This document shows positions 9,516 through 18,333 of a stretch of DNA of 64,000 nucleotides, piece by piece. The DNA is from Coleofasciculus chthonoplastes F2-STO-03 (GTDB lineage Bacteria; Cyanobacteriota; Cyanobacteriia; Cyanobacteriales; Coleofasciculaceae): NCBI GenBank assembly GCA_040222015.1, contig JAVJWO010000195.1:1-64000 (forward strand), written 5' to 3'. Both the position numbers and the translations under genes were made by a program. Every line of letters starts with the position of its first letter. Position 1 is the first letter of the stretch. Under the pieces are notes generated by a model. The model was not told the DNA's origin. It saw nothing but the letters and a program-made list of their open reading frames with translations, and ran no database searches.

Positions 9516-10322
9516 CTAAACTCTAAAAGGGAAACTTCCATTTTCACAAAAGCCAGGGGTAAGAAAATGCAGAGTCGCCAAAACACCCAGAATCGCACTG
9601 ACAATTATACCTGTAGCAATTCGTTTAATTCGTACAAACTGGGCAAGCTGACTCGCCCAAATATATTCTCGGTGTTCTTGAAGTGGCAAGGGTGTATTGT
9701 TATCCGATGCAGCCAACCAAGCTGTTGCTTCCCACAGTTGTTTACCGTGTAGCAAATAGCTGTGATCCCGATCATGAGACACCCAATCCCGCCAGAGTCC
9801 ATAGAATTTAGTATGCAATCTGGCGTCTTCTGGATTAATATTGAGAGAATTCAATAATTTGGTTAAGCAAACCTCAAAATCCTCTTCGGGAGTAAAAAAC
9901 ATCCAGTTTATGGATCGCAAAGATAAGGGAACTGAATCAGGTTGCTCAATCACAATCGGGAAAATTCGTTTACCTTGACTTAAAGCATACTCTAACTCTT
10001 GACCACAAACCTTAGATATCGCTGAGTTAGGCGTTAGCATAAATAGAAAGTAATCCGAATCTTCAATCCCTCGCTTAATTTCCTCCCACCACTCAACCGC
10101 TGGTGGAATATCTTCCCAATCCACCCAGATTTCATAATTCGGAGATAGAGCCGCGTAGAGTTTTTCAACGAATACTTTGTCCTTGTGGGAGTAAGAGAAA
10201 AATAGCCTACTCTCACGCTCTTGAATGTCCGGTTTTCGCCAACTCTCTTTGAGTAAAAACAGCAGGCTTTTGAGAAAACGCGGGGGAGAAGAAGAAGGAC
10301 TTGGAGTTTGAATGCTAGTCAT
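9516..10322 (-). CDS. TIR (TIR_2-type) domain protein with C-terminal transmembrane helix
   Basis: LFFSYSHKD, WVDWEDIPP..W.EEI..GI, SKVCGQELEYA, SLRSINW; LLHGKQLWEATAW motif; hydrophobic IATGIIVSAILGVLATL; ATG at 10322 preferred over GTG at 10370. Confidence 0.85.
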   Translation of the reverse strand: MTSIQTPSPSSSPPRFLKSLLFLLKESWRKPDIQERESRLFFSYSHKDKVFVEKLYAALSPNYEIWVDWEDIPPAVEWWEEIKRGIEDSDYFLFMLTPNSAISKVCGQELEYALSQGKRIFPIVIEQPDSVPLSLRSINWMFFTPEEDFEVCLTKLLNSLNINPEDARLHTKFYGLWRDWVSHDRDHSYLLHGKQLWEATAWLAASDNNTPLPLQEHREYIWASQLAQFVRIKRIATGIIVSAILGVLATLHFLTPGFCENGSFPFRV

Positions 10323-10456
10323 TTGACATCCAGAAGTATACGATAAAGCTTGAATGATTGGATACTTCACCGCAACCCGTAAATTTTCCGGTTTTTGTTA
10401 AACTTTCTTTATGTTCTTGAGATAATAACTCGTGATGTATTAATTTTATCTAAGTT

Positions 10457-10805
10457 CAGGGAACAGGGAACAGGGAACAGGGAACGGTTTTCATCGCTTG
10501 AACCCTATTACCTGAAGGGGTGACAAGCTCGCGTCAAAGGTGTGGGGTATGGGGTGTGGGGAAAATCGGTAAGAAACACAAAAGCCCATAAGAGGAGATA
10601 GGGTAAGGAGCGAGCGCTCTTTCTGGCGAGCCAACGAATAAACAATTTTGGTGACTCAATAGGAGTGACTCCCTGAGTTTAGTTCAATTTTTCCCTACAC
10701 CCTACACCCTATACCCTACACCCTACACCCAGTTATGTAGGGTGGGTTAGGCGGGACTTAAAGTCAGGCAATAAACCTTTAATCGACTATCCGCCGTAAC
10801 CCACC
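10457..10805. repeat. Cluster of small repeats: (CAGGGAA)4, a ~190-bp unit bounded by inverted heptamer tracts (GGGGTGT.. / ..CCCTACA), and a GTAG REP-like palindrome
   Basis: Tracts at ~10457-10486, ~10539-10561, ~10693-10730; GTAGGGTGGGTTAGGCGG...CCGCCGTAACCCACC at ~10737-10805. Confidence 0.65.
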
Positions 10806-10927
10806 GATATTTAGGTGGCGATGTTTTATAGCGGACAAAATTTATGTCCAGGTACTTACGCCTTGAGCAAGAGCGCAAGGATGGTGCCCATACGGATAGA
10901 TTGGCAATAATCAAGGACAAATTACAA

Positions 10928-11986
10928 TTAAAGGAACTGACTAAATCTCGAATCCGCTTGTAGGATTTTCAGTACCTGCTTAATTTCTTGAGTGCGGTCT
11001 TTTTTCACAATTAACGTCACCCCACCATCTCGCACAACCACCACATCTTCCAAGCCAATCGTCACAATCACCTCATCCTGATCACTGGTATAAAGAATCG
11101 CTCCTTGGGTATCTTTCCCCACATGAGTTGCCAGTTCCACATTCGCCGCATCTCCCTTGTGCAACCGTTCTAAAGCATTCCAATCTCCCAAATCATCCCA
11201 ACCAAACGCAGTCGGGAGAACATAAGCCAGTTGGGTTTTCTCCATTAAGGCATAATCAATACTGGTTTTAGGTAGTTTAGAATAAGCATCAATCCCCTGT
11301 TTTTGTAACGGATTGATAATATCAGCCGCATAAGTGTTTAGTTCCGCTAATACGACGCCAGCCCGGAAAATAAACATCCCACCATTCCAGCTAAATTTCC
11401 CCGTCGCCAGAAATTTCTCGGCTGTTTCTCGGTCTGGCTTTTCTGTAAATCGAGCAACCCGATAAACCGGTAAGTCATTAAACGTTCCGGCGGGTTCTCC
11501 TTGTTCGATATAACCGTAACCCGTAGAGGGGTAGTCCGGGGCAATTCCTAAGGTGACAATCGCGGCTTCAGTCGCCGCTAACTGAGTCGCCGCCTTAATC
11601 GTCTGTTGAAACGCCTCCTGGTCTGCAATCCAATGGTCTGCAGGAAAAAAGCCGACCACCGCATCTTCTCCATAGTGACGCGCAATTTCTAAGGTTGCCC
11701 ACGCCACAGCAGGTGCAGTGTCCCGCCCTTCGGGTTCAGCTAATATATGCTCACTATCAAGTTGGGGTAACTGTTGTTTCACCCCATCAGCTAATTGAGC
11801 CGATGTGATTACCCAGACATTGGCTGAACCTCCCGCCAATTGACTGAGACGGTCAGCCGTGGTTTGTAATAAACTTTTTCCACTACCATCTAAACTTAAG
11901 AACTGCTTAGGTCGGTGTTTGCGGCTAAGGGGCCAAAACCGTTCACCTTTGCCGCCAGCTAAAATTACAGGTATTAATTGACTCAT
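10928..11986 (-). CDS. manC: Mannose-1-phosphate guanylyltransferase
   Basis: PVILAGGKGERFWPLSR..PKQFL, EPEGRDTAPA, TGYGYIE, FTEKPD, SIDYALMEK, WDDLGDW. Confidence 0.92.
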   Translation of the reverse strand: MSQLIPVILAGGKGERFWPLSRKHRPKQFLSLDGSGKSLLQTTADRLSQLAGGSANVWVITSAQLADGVKQQLPQLDSEHILAEPEGRDTAPAVAWATLEIARHYGEDAVVGFFPADHWIADQEAFQQTIKAATQLAATEAAIVTLGIAPDYPSTGYGYIEQGEPAGTFNDLPVYRVARFTEKPDRETAEKFLATGKFSWNGGMFIFRAGVVLAELNTYAADIINPLQKQGIDAYSKLPKTSIDYALMEKTQLAYVLPTAFGWDDLGDWNALERLHKGDAANVELATHVGKDTQGAILYTSDQDEVIVTIGLEDVVVVRDGGVTLIVKKDRTQEIKQVLKILQADSRFSQFL

Positions 11987-12024
11987 TGTCCGTGCTATTC
12001 TGATTGTCTGCTACATCCTAGCCT

Positions 12025-12102
12025 GGGAGAGCGGAGGGGCGGAGGCGCGGAGGCGCGGAGGGAGCAGGGGGAGCAGGGGAAGCTGGGGGAGCTGGGGGAG
12101 TG
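12025..12102. repeat. Purine-rich GGGGAGC(A/T)G-type tandem repeat
   Basis: Visible 8-9-mer tandem units; same family at ~24050, ~42790-42910, ~53410-53510. Confidence 0.8.
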
Positions 12103-12187
12103 AGCTGGTAACGCTATAATCCAGCAATAGATTCGGTGAACGTCAAACGATTCCAGAACAGTTGGTGTGTGGTGAGGGTAAAAAAAC

Positions 12188-13648
12188 GTGTCGAACAGTT
12201 CCCAAACTAGCTGGGGTTTTCAAGTCTCCCATCCAGAAAGTTATCCGCGATCGCAGGGCGACTCTGATGTCGCTGAAAATGATACTGGGGGTTCCCCGCC
12301 TCCCCCACCACCAGAGGGTGATGGCGGAGAGTCCCATTCCGATGATCATTCAAATAAATCCAGTGGTGGTCGCTATATGCGCTGGTTTCTGTGGAGTGCG
12401 GCGTTTATCTTAACCGCTACAGTTTCTGCTACCTTGGGCGCAACGGTTGCCCTAATTACCCCCCTGTCCCCCTTAATCGTGCCGCAAAATTTTCTCCCTG
12501 GCGCGAAAGAAAATTCCTGGCGACAAGCGTTTCGCTATGATTTAGCCCGACCGGTCAACATTCTGGTAATGGGGATTGACCGAGTTCCCGATAGTGCCAA
12601 AAACTCGTCCGACGTTTTCAGTGGTCGCAGTGATACTATGCTGTTGTTACGCCTCGACCCGACAGAAGAGTCCGTGACGATGCTTTCTATTCCTAGGGAC
12701 ACCCAAGTGGAACTTCCGGAGGTAGGACTTACCAAAATCAATGATGCCAATGTGGAAGGGGGTGCAGCGTTAGCCGCACGGGTGGTGAGTCGTACTCTCA
12801 ATAATGTACCCGTTGATCGCTATGTACGGGTGACTACGGATGCATTTCGGGAACTGGTAGACCTGGTGGGGGGAGTTGAGGTGTTTGTTCCCTATCCGAT
12901 GCAGTATGAGGATGTAACCCAGGATTTGTACATTGATTTAGAACCGGGATGGCAAACCTTAAATGGAGACCAAGCCGAACAGTTTGCTCGATTTCGTAAA
13001 GACAACTATGGCGATATTGGTCGAGTCCAGCGCCAACAAACGCTACTCAAGGCGCTGCGTCAACGGTTGCTCAGTCCCACAGTGCTACCGCGTTTACCCC
13101 AAATCATTCGGGTGATGCAGCAATATATTGATACCAATCTCAGTTTAGAAGAAATGCTGGCGCTGGTGGGCTTTGGCTTAGATTTAGACAAAGATGATTT
13201 TCAGATGGTACTTTTGCCCGGTCGCTTCAGTGGTCCAGAGGAATATGTTGCCAGCTATTGGATTATGGATTCTGCCGGACGCGATCGCGTTATGCAACAA
13301 TACTTTCAGCAAACCCTTGACTGGAGTTCATCGGAGATTCGGCGTTCTCCCCAACGGTTGCGAATTGCGATTCAAAATGCCACAGATGACCCGCAATTAG
13401 CTCACAAAGTTGCTCGATATTTGGCGAAAAACGACTTTTATAATGTCTACATCATACAGGATTGGCCCGATCAGGTACGCGAAACTCAGATTATTGTGCA
13501 ACAAGGCGATTTGAAAGCCGCCGCGACATTGAAACGGGTTTTGCAACTCGGTCACGTCGAAGCCTCTTCCACAGGAGATATTGAATCCGATTTAACCATT
13601 CGTGTGGGTGAGGATTGGTTGATTCGGCACGCACAAGAGGAGGAATAA
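12188..13648 (+). CDS. LCP (LytR-CpsA-Psr) family protein with LytR C-terminal domain
   Basis: TM helix; NILVMGID, GRSDTMLL, LSIPRDT, KINDA, RFR..GDIGRVQRQQ; C-term DLTIRVGEDW. Confidence 0.92.
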   Translation: MSNSSQTSWGFQVSHPESYPRSQGDSDVAENDTGGSPPPPPPEGDGGESHSDDHSNKSSGGRYMRWFLWSAAFILTATVSATLGATVALITPLSPLIVPQNFLPGAKENSWRQAFRYDLARPVNILVMGIDRVPDSAKNSSDVFSGRSDTMLLLRLDPTEESVTMLSIPRDTQVELPEVGLTKINDANVEGGAALAARVVSRTLNNVPVDRYVRVTTDAFRELVDLVGGVEVFVPYPMQYEDVTQDLYIDLEPGWQTLNGDQAEQFARFRKDNYGDIGRVQRQQTLLKALRQRLLSPTVLPRLPQIIRVMQQYIDTNLSLEEMLALVGFGLDLDKDDFQMVLLPGRFSGPEEYVASYWIMDSAGRDRVMQQYFQQTLDWSSSEIRRSPQRLRIAIQNATDDPQLAHKVARYLAKNDFYNVYIIQDWPDQVRETQIIVQQGDLKAAATLKRVLQLGHVEASSTGDIESDLTIRVGEDWLIRHAQEEE

Positions 13649-13702
13649 TGCAGGGGGAGCATGTAGAGACGTAGCATGCTACGTCTGGGAGCAGGGGGAG
13701 GT

Positions 13703-13852
13703 AAATGATCAATGACTAGAAAAGAGTTTTATGTGTAGGGGCGGGTTTCACTACTATCGTTTTTTGCCCACCCTAATGTCACTAAACCCGCCCTGCCTAA
13801 ATGACCAATGACCAATGACCAATGACCAATGACCAATGACCAATGACCAATG
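13703..13852. repeat. Composite GTAG REP (GTAGGGGCGGGTTT...AAACCCGCCC) plus STRR tract (ATGACCA)n
   Basis: REP ~13735-13793; heptamer tract ~13801-13852; inverted copy at 14855-15027. Confidence 0.85.
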
Positions 13853-13866
13853 TAGACTAGAATATT

Positions 13867-14850
13867 ATGTCTATTGTTGTGGCTCAAAATCTGAGCAAAG
13901 TCTACCCCGTAGCGGTCAAACAACCCGGTATTAAGGGAACTCTCACCCACTTTTTGCGCCGAAAGTACCGCTCTGTCGTTGCTGTACAAAATGTTTCCTT
14001 TGAAATTGGCATGGGGGAAGTGGTGGGATTTCTCGGTCCCAATGGTGCCGGTAAAACCACGACCTTGAAAATGCTCACCGGACTTGTTCACCCTTCAGGG
14101 GGTGAGGTTAAGGTGGCGGGTTATATCCCATTTCACCGGGAATCCAGCTTTTTGCAGCAGATTACCCTAGTCATGGGTCAAAAGCAGCAACTGATTTGGG
14201 ATTTACCCGCCTGGGATTCCCTGAGAATCAACGCCGCTGTTTATGGAATTTCTCACAACCAGTTTCAACGTCGCGTCGGGGAACTGGCAGAAATGTTATC
14301 CTTAGAAGCCAAACTCACGCAACCCGTGCGGAAACTCTCCCTCGGAGAACGCATGAAAGCCGAATTGCTGGCGGCGCTTTTGCATCAACCCCAAGTCTTA
14401 TTTTTAGATGAACCCACGTTGGGATTGGATGTTAATGCTCAATTAGCGGTGCGGAATTTCTTACGCGAGTACAACCAGCGCACGGGAGCCACCGTTTTAT
14501 TGACCAGTCACTACATGGCAGATATTACGGCGCTGTGTCAGCGAGTGCTGCTAATTTATGAAGGGCAGATGATTTATGATGGCAGCTTGGAGGGACTCCT
14601 TAATCGCTTTGCGCCCTATCGGGAGGTAAAAGTAGAACTAGCTCAACCCTTGTCAAAAGAGGAGTTGTCAGGTTATGCAGAAATAGAGGCAATCGATGGG
14701 TTAGCAGTACGTTTCTTAGTGCAGCGTGAAAAGCTGACAAGTACCGTGGCTCGGATTTTGGCGGATTTAGAGGTGATAGATTTAACTGTTAGTGACCCCC
14801 CCATCGAAGAAGTCATCGGTCGGGTTTTCCGAGCCGGAGTTGTTTCGTGA
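13867..14850 (+). CDS. ABC transporter ATP-binding protein (ABC-2 export type)
   Basis: GPNGAGKTT, LSLGERMK, LFLDEPT, TSHYM. Confidence 0.93.
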   Translation: MSIVVAQNLSKVYPVAVKQPGIKGTLTHFLRRKYRSVVAVQNVSFEIGMGEVVGFLGPNGAGKTTTLKMLTGLVHPSGGEVKVAGYIPFHRESSFLQQITLVMGQKQQLIWDLPAWDSLRINAAVYGISHNQFQRRVGELAEMLSLEAKLTQPVRKLSLGERMKAELLAALLHQPQVLFLDEPTLGLDVNAQLAVRNFLREYNQRTGATVLLTSHYMADITALCQRVLLIYEGQMIYDGSLEGLLNRFAPYREVKVELAQPLSKEELSGYAEIEAIDGLAVRFLVQREKLTSTVARILADLEVIDLTVSDPPIEEVIGRVFRAGVVS

Positions 14851-14854
14851 TTTT

Positions 14855-15027
14855 TGGTCATTGGTCATTGGTCATTTGTCCAGAAATTAATCATTTGGAC
14901 AGGGCGGGTGTAGGGTGCGTTAGCGTTCGCGAAGCGTTCCCGCAGGGTAGCGTAACGCACCATTTCAAACGATAGTAGTGAAACCCGCCCCTACATAGAA
15001 AACTCTTTTCTAGTCATTAATCATTTG
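14855..15027. repeat. Inverted STRR+REP composite with nested palindromic elements
   Basis: (TGGTCAT)n, then a REP whose loop contains GTAGGGTGCGTTA...CGTAACGCACC; AAACGATAGTAGTGAAACCCGCCCCTAC...TCATTT mirrors 13703-13762. Confidence 0.8.
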
Positions 15028-15040
15028 CCCTCCCCATCTT

Positions 15041-15069
15041 CCCCACCACAAAACTTATTCAGCAGACCC
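15041..15069 (-). mobile_element. Isolated terminal fragment of the IS5-like MITE family (GGGTCTGCTGAATAAG end)
   Basis: Reverse complement matches the left ends at 58217 and 61196. Confidence 0.6.
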
Positions 15070-15077
15070 TAATTACT

Positions 15078-15866
15078 ATGAAGCGATTAATTCACACCAG
15101 TCAGATATTTCTGTCTGTTTACTATGCTTATATGTTGGAATACCGGGCAGAGCTTTTTTTTTGGATACTTTCCAACAGTTTGCCGCTGATTCTCATGGGG
15201 GTTTGGATGCAGGCAGCTCAAGCCGGGGAGTTTGAGCTAACTCCTGAAGAATTTATGCGTTACTTCCTATCCGTTTTTCTCGTTCGCCAGTTTACTGTGG
15301 TGTGGATGATTTTTGATTTTGAAAGGGAAGTGGTAGAGGGCAGACTATCTCCTAAACTCCTGCAACCCATTGATCCTGTATGGCATCATGTTGCAGGTCA
15401 TCTATCTGAACGCTTTGTTCGCCTACCTTTATCGGTTGTACTTTTAGGTTTATTCTTTCTCCTCTATCCCTCAGCATTTTGGTTACCTGGTTTGGGTGAT
15501 ATACTATTATTTATATTCATCACAGCCATGGCATTTGCTCTACAATTTTTAATCCAATATACCTTTGCCTTATTTGCATTTTGGACAGAGCGAGCCAGTT
15601 CACTGGAACAATTTTGGTATTTATTCTATTTGTTTCTGTCAGGAATGATGGCACCGTTAGAAGTTTTTCCCCCTACAGTCCGAGCCATTGCCGAATGGAC
15701 GCCTTTTCCCTACTTGGCTCATTTTCCAGCGGCGTTGTTAATCGGGCTACCTGTTAATTTTGTCAAAGGAATTTTAGTTATGGTGGGCTGGGGATTGTTG
15801 TTTTTTACCATCAATCGCTGGTTGTGGCGCAAGGGATTGAAGCAGTATTCGGGAATGGGAGCGTGA
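15078..15866 (+). CDS. ABC-2 family permease (DUF990-like)
   Basis: Six TM segments; EYRAEL, EGRLSPKLLQP, LSG..APL..FP, TPFPY, GLKQYSGMGA. Confidence 0.88.
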   Translation: MKRLIHTSQIFLSVYYAYMLEYRAELFFWILSNSLPLILMGVWMQAAQAGEFELTPEEFMRYFLSVFLVRQFTVVWMIFDFEREVVEGRLSPKLLQPIDPVWHHVAGHLSERFVRLPLSVVLLGLFFLLYPSAFWLPGLGDILLFIFITAMAFALQFLIQYTFALFAFWTERASSLEQFWYLFYLFLSGMMAPLEVFPPTVRAIAEWTPFPYLAHFPAALLIGLPVNFVKGILVMVGWGLLFFTINRWLWRKGLKQYSGMGA

Positions 15867-16040
15867 TATGAGCGGGGGTGCAGGGGTGTGGGGGAGATGA
15901 GGAAGTAGAGACGTGCCATGGCACGTCTGGAAGATGAGGGCGGGTTGAGTAACATTACGGGTGAAGAATAAACGATAATAGCCAAACCCGCCTCTACACA
16001 TAGGTTAGGGCGGGTTTTGAACAAACGTTATTATCCACAG

Positions 16041-16269
16041 GTGACGTCCTCCTACACCGACCCTACGGGTACGGTTGTAGGCTTCCTTTGTCGTCGTTTC
16101 AGAACGACGCTTCCGGCGTTTTATAGTGGGGAATACGCCCAGCCCCACTTCTTGCTTATCGCAAGAGAATTAATATTAGCTTACAACAAGCAAGTTGTCA
16201 ATAATAAACTGGCGATTCATCCCACGCTCAATCGAAGATTAGAGCGTGGGGAACCTATCGCCGGATAAG
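16041..16269 (-). mobile_element. Non-autonomous IS200/IS605-derived element (PATE-like, 229 bp) inserted in the loop of a REP
   Basis: Minus strand: starts after TTAG with a CCCACGCTC..GAGCGTGGG hairpin and ends GAAGCCTACA..TGTAGGAGGACGTCAC; no TSD; removal restores a ~64-nt REP like those at 45482 and 63246. Confidence 0.8.
16173..16201 (-). promoter_or_regulatory. Sigma70-type promoter TTGACA-N17-TAATAT inside the PATE-like element
   Basis: Minus strand TTGACA acttgcttgttgtaagc TAATAT, 17-nt spacer. Confidence 0.7.
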
Positions 16270-16346
16270 CTAAAAGAAAGTTCCTAAACCCGCCCCTACA
16301 AATCATTTGCCCTGAACACAGTTAAGGATGCCCTAATCTCCAATCA

Positions 16347-16652
16347 CTATTTTTGGTCAAATTTGGCAACGGCATTTTGGAAGGATTGCTGTAGATCCAG
16401 CCAAGCGGCTTCTACACCAATTTTGATATCTTCCCAAGCATCTTGACTAGCCGCCTGGAGTTCTTCCAGTTTCTTTTGTACGGCAACCTGTTTTGTTTGC
16501 AGTTCCTCAAGCAGGCTATTGTAATGAATCTTAACATCAGCCTGGGCTTGGGCTGCCTTGGCTTTCATTTCGTCAACCTGAGCATTTAGCTTGTTTAACT
16601 CAGCTTGCACTTTGTCTCGGTATATCTGTTGCTGGTTTGGTTCGGTAGCCAT
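16347..16652 (-). CDS. Small coiled-coil protein, Sll1863-like stress-response family
   Basis: Y..KVQAEL..LNAQVDEMKAKA...LEELQAAS.DAWEDIKIGVEAAW.DL..SF; GAGG RBS. Confidence 0.75.
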   Translation of the reverse strand: MATEPNQQQIYRDKVQAELNKLNAQVDEMKAKAAQAQADVKIHYNSLLEELQTKQVAVQKKLEELQAASQDAWEDIKIGVEAAWLDLQQSFQNAVAKFDQK

Positions 16653-16812
16653 AAGAATACCTCATTAACGTCAAAAATTTGCCTCAAAAAGGCTGGATAC
16701 AACCATAAATGTTTAATTCCTCACTCACTATAGAGTGACTTGTCGGGTTCATGCATCTATCTCTTGAATGATATAATCCAATTCTGTCTTGTAGTGACTA
16801 TCCAACGGGGAA

Positions 16813-18243
16813 ATGGCAGAACAAGCTCTAGCGCAGGATACCCATGCCGATTCCTACAAAAACCGAGGTCGGAACTGGTGGAATAAGCTCACCGCCTTAA
16901 TTGCATGGGCGAATATCCTGCTGGCATTATTCAATCTCAGCTATATCCCATTGCGGGATGTTTATGTGCGAGAATTTCCTAAGATTGTGACAGTCTATGA
17001 CCCGGTGAAAAGTATTGAGCCTCATCCGGATACCCAACGTTATCTCCAAACCGTTGATGCTTTAACCGTACAAATCTCCCAACAGGGACTGCAAGCACCG
17101 CCAATTGAACCAGTCTTGCAAGAGTTGCGCCAACAAAGTAATGATCTGATTGAAGAGAACCCATTTTTGGCAGCCAATAAGTTTGGTACATTCGCTAAAT
17201 TGAAGCGGCGGATGCGGGATCATCTGAATACGGAATCAGCCAAGCAAGCCTTTGCGCGATTTTGGCGACAGGAGTATCTGGTGCAAGTGGGCTGGGAAAA
17301 CGCCCTCTCATTCTTTAACAGCGAGATTAGACCGCTACTGAACAGCAATTATTTTCGACCCACCGATGAAAATGGTCAACTCGTTGATAACTTCTGGCGT
17401 ATTGACCTTTATTTTATTGCCTTTTTTGGGATTGAGCTTTTATTCCGTACCTTCTTCATGTCTCGACGCCAAGAGAAGTTGACCTGGGGAGATACCCTCT
17501 GGCGGCGTTGGTACGACATGCTGCTGCTACTTCCCACCTGGCGCTGGTTACGGATTATTCCGGCATCCGTGCGATCGCATCAATCGGGATTGATCAATAT
17601 GGAGCGAATTTTAGCACAAGTCACCCATGAACCAGCAGCGTATTTGGCAGATCGGGTATCGATGTTTTTGATGGTGCGACTGATTAATCAAACCAAAGAA
17701 TCTGTTGACAAAGGAGATATGGCGCGTGCCATATTGCAACCTGAGACGTATGTTCAAGTTAGCGATATTAATAAAGTCGATGCCATCACCGATCGCCTCT
17801 TAGAACTCTCTATTTATAAAGTTTTACCGCAAGTTCAACCCGATTTACAGGCATTATTGCATCATAGTCTCAAAGGAGCGCTGCAACAATCAGATTTTTA
17901 CACGGGATTGCGACAAGTACCGGGAATGAAAGGGTTGCCCAAAGAGGTTATGGAAAACCTAGCTAATTATTTAGCCCAAGCCATGTATGAAGTCTTAGCT
18001 ACCTCCTACTCTGATCTGCAAGGGCGACAACTGTTTGACCAACTGAGTCATAATTTTAAGTACGCCCTGCGGGAAGAACTACAGGATGAGGCAACACAGT
18101 TAGAACTTCAGTCGTTGCTGTCTGACTTGTTGGAAGAACTGAAGATTAATTATGTGCAGCGTTCAACTGATGAAGATCCGGAAGCCACTTTAGAAGAAGC
18201 TGATCAACTGCGTCAAGAGATGGAAAATCCCAAAATTCAGTAG
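16813..18243 (+). CDS. Conserved cyanobacterial hypothetical membrane protein
   Basis: 476-aa ORF with TM segments; LFNLSYIPLRD, IEPHP, RWYD..LLLP.WRWLRIIP. Confidence 0.8.
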   Translation: MAEQALAQDTHADSYKNRGRNWWNKLTALIAWANILLALFNLSYIPLRDVYVREFPKIVTVYDPVKSIEPHPDTQRYLQTVDALTVQISQQGLQAPPIEPVLQELRQQSNDLIEENPFLAANKFGTFAKLKRRMRDHLNTESAKQAFARFWRQEYLVQVGWENALSFFNSEIRPLLNSNYFRPTDENGQLVDNFWRIDLYFIAFFGIELLFRTFFMSRRQEKLTWGDTLWRRWYDMLLLLPTWRWLRIIPASVRSHQSGLINMERILAQVTHEPAAYLADRVSMFLMVRLINQTKESVDKGDMARAILQPETYVQVSDINKVDAITDRLLELSIYKVLPQVQPDLQALLHHSLKGALQQSDFYTGLRQVPGMKGLPKEVMENLANYLAQAMYEVLATSYSDLQGRQLFDQLSHNFKYALREELQDEATQLELQSLLSDLLEELKINYVQRSTDEDPEATLEEADQLRQEMENPKIQ

Positions 18244-18333
18244 TGTTTCACATTCTACAGGTCAAGTTCTTCCCTACGCCAAAATGGGCGTAGATGCTAG
18301 TATTTGAAAGGATAATAAAGGCAGCGATCGCGA

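Noticed and set aside
13729..14091. ORFs built from STRR/REP sequence (also 19799-19999, 50369-50578, 53254-53532, 53399-53614, 63132-63320)
   Set aside because: Translations such as HWSLVIG, HLSFVI and PPAPPA are read-throughs of tandem repeats or antisense shadows
16017..16268. 83-aa ORF
   Set aside because: Lies within the REP and the IS605-derived mini-element; no coding features
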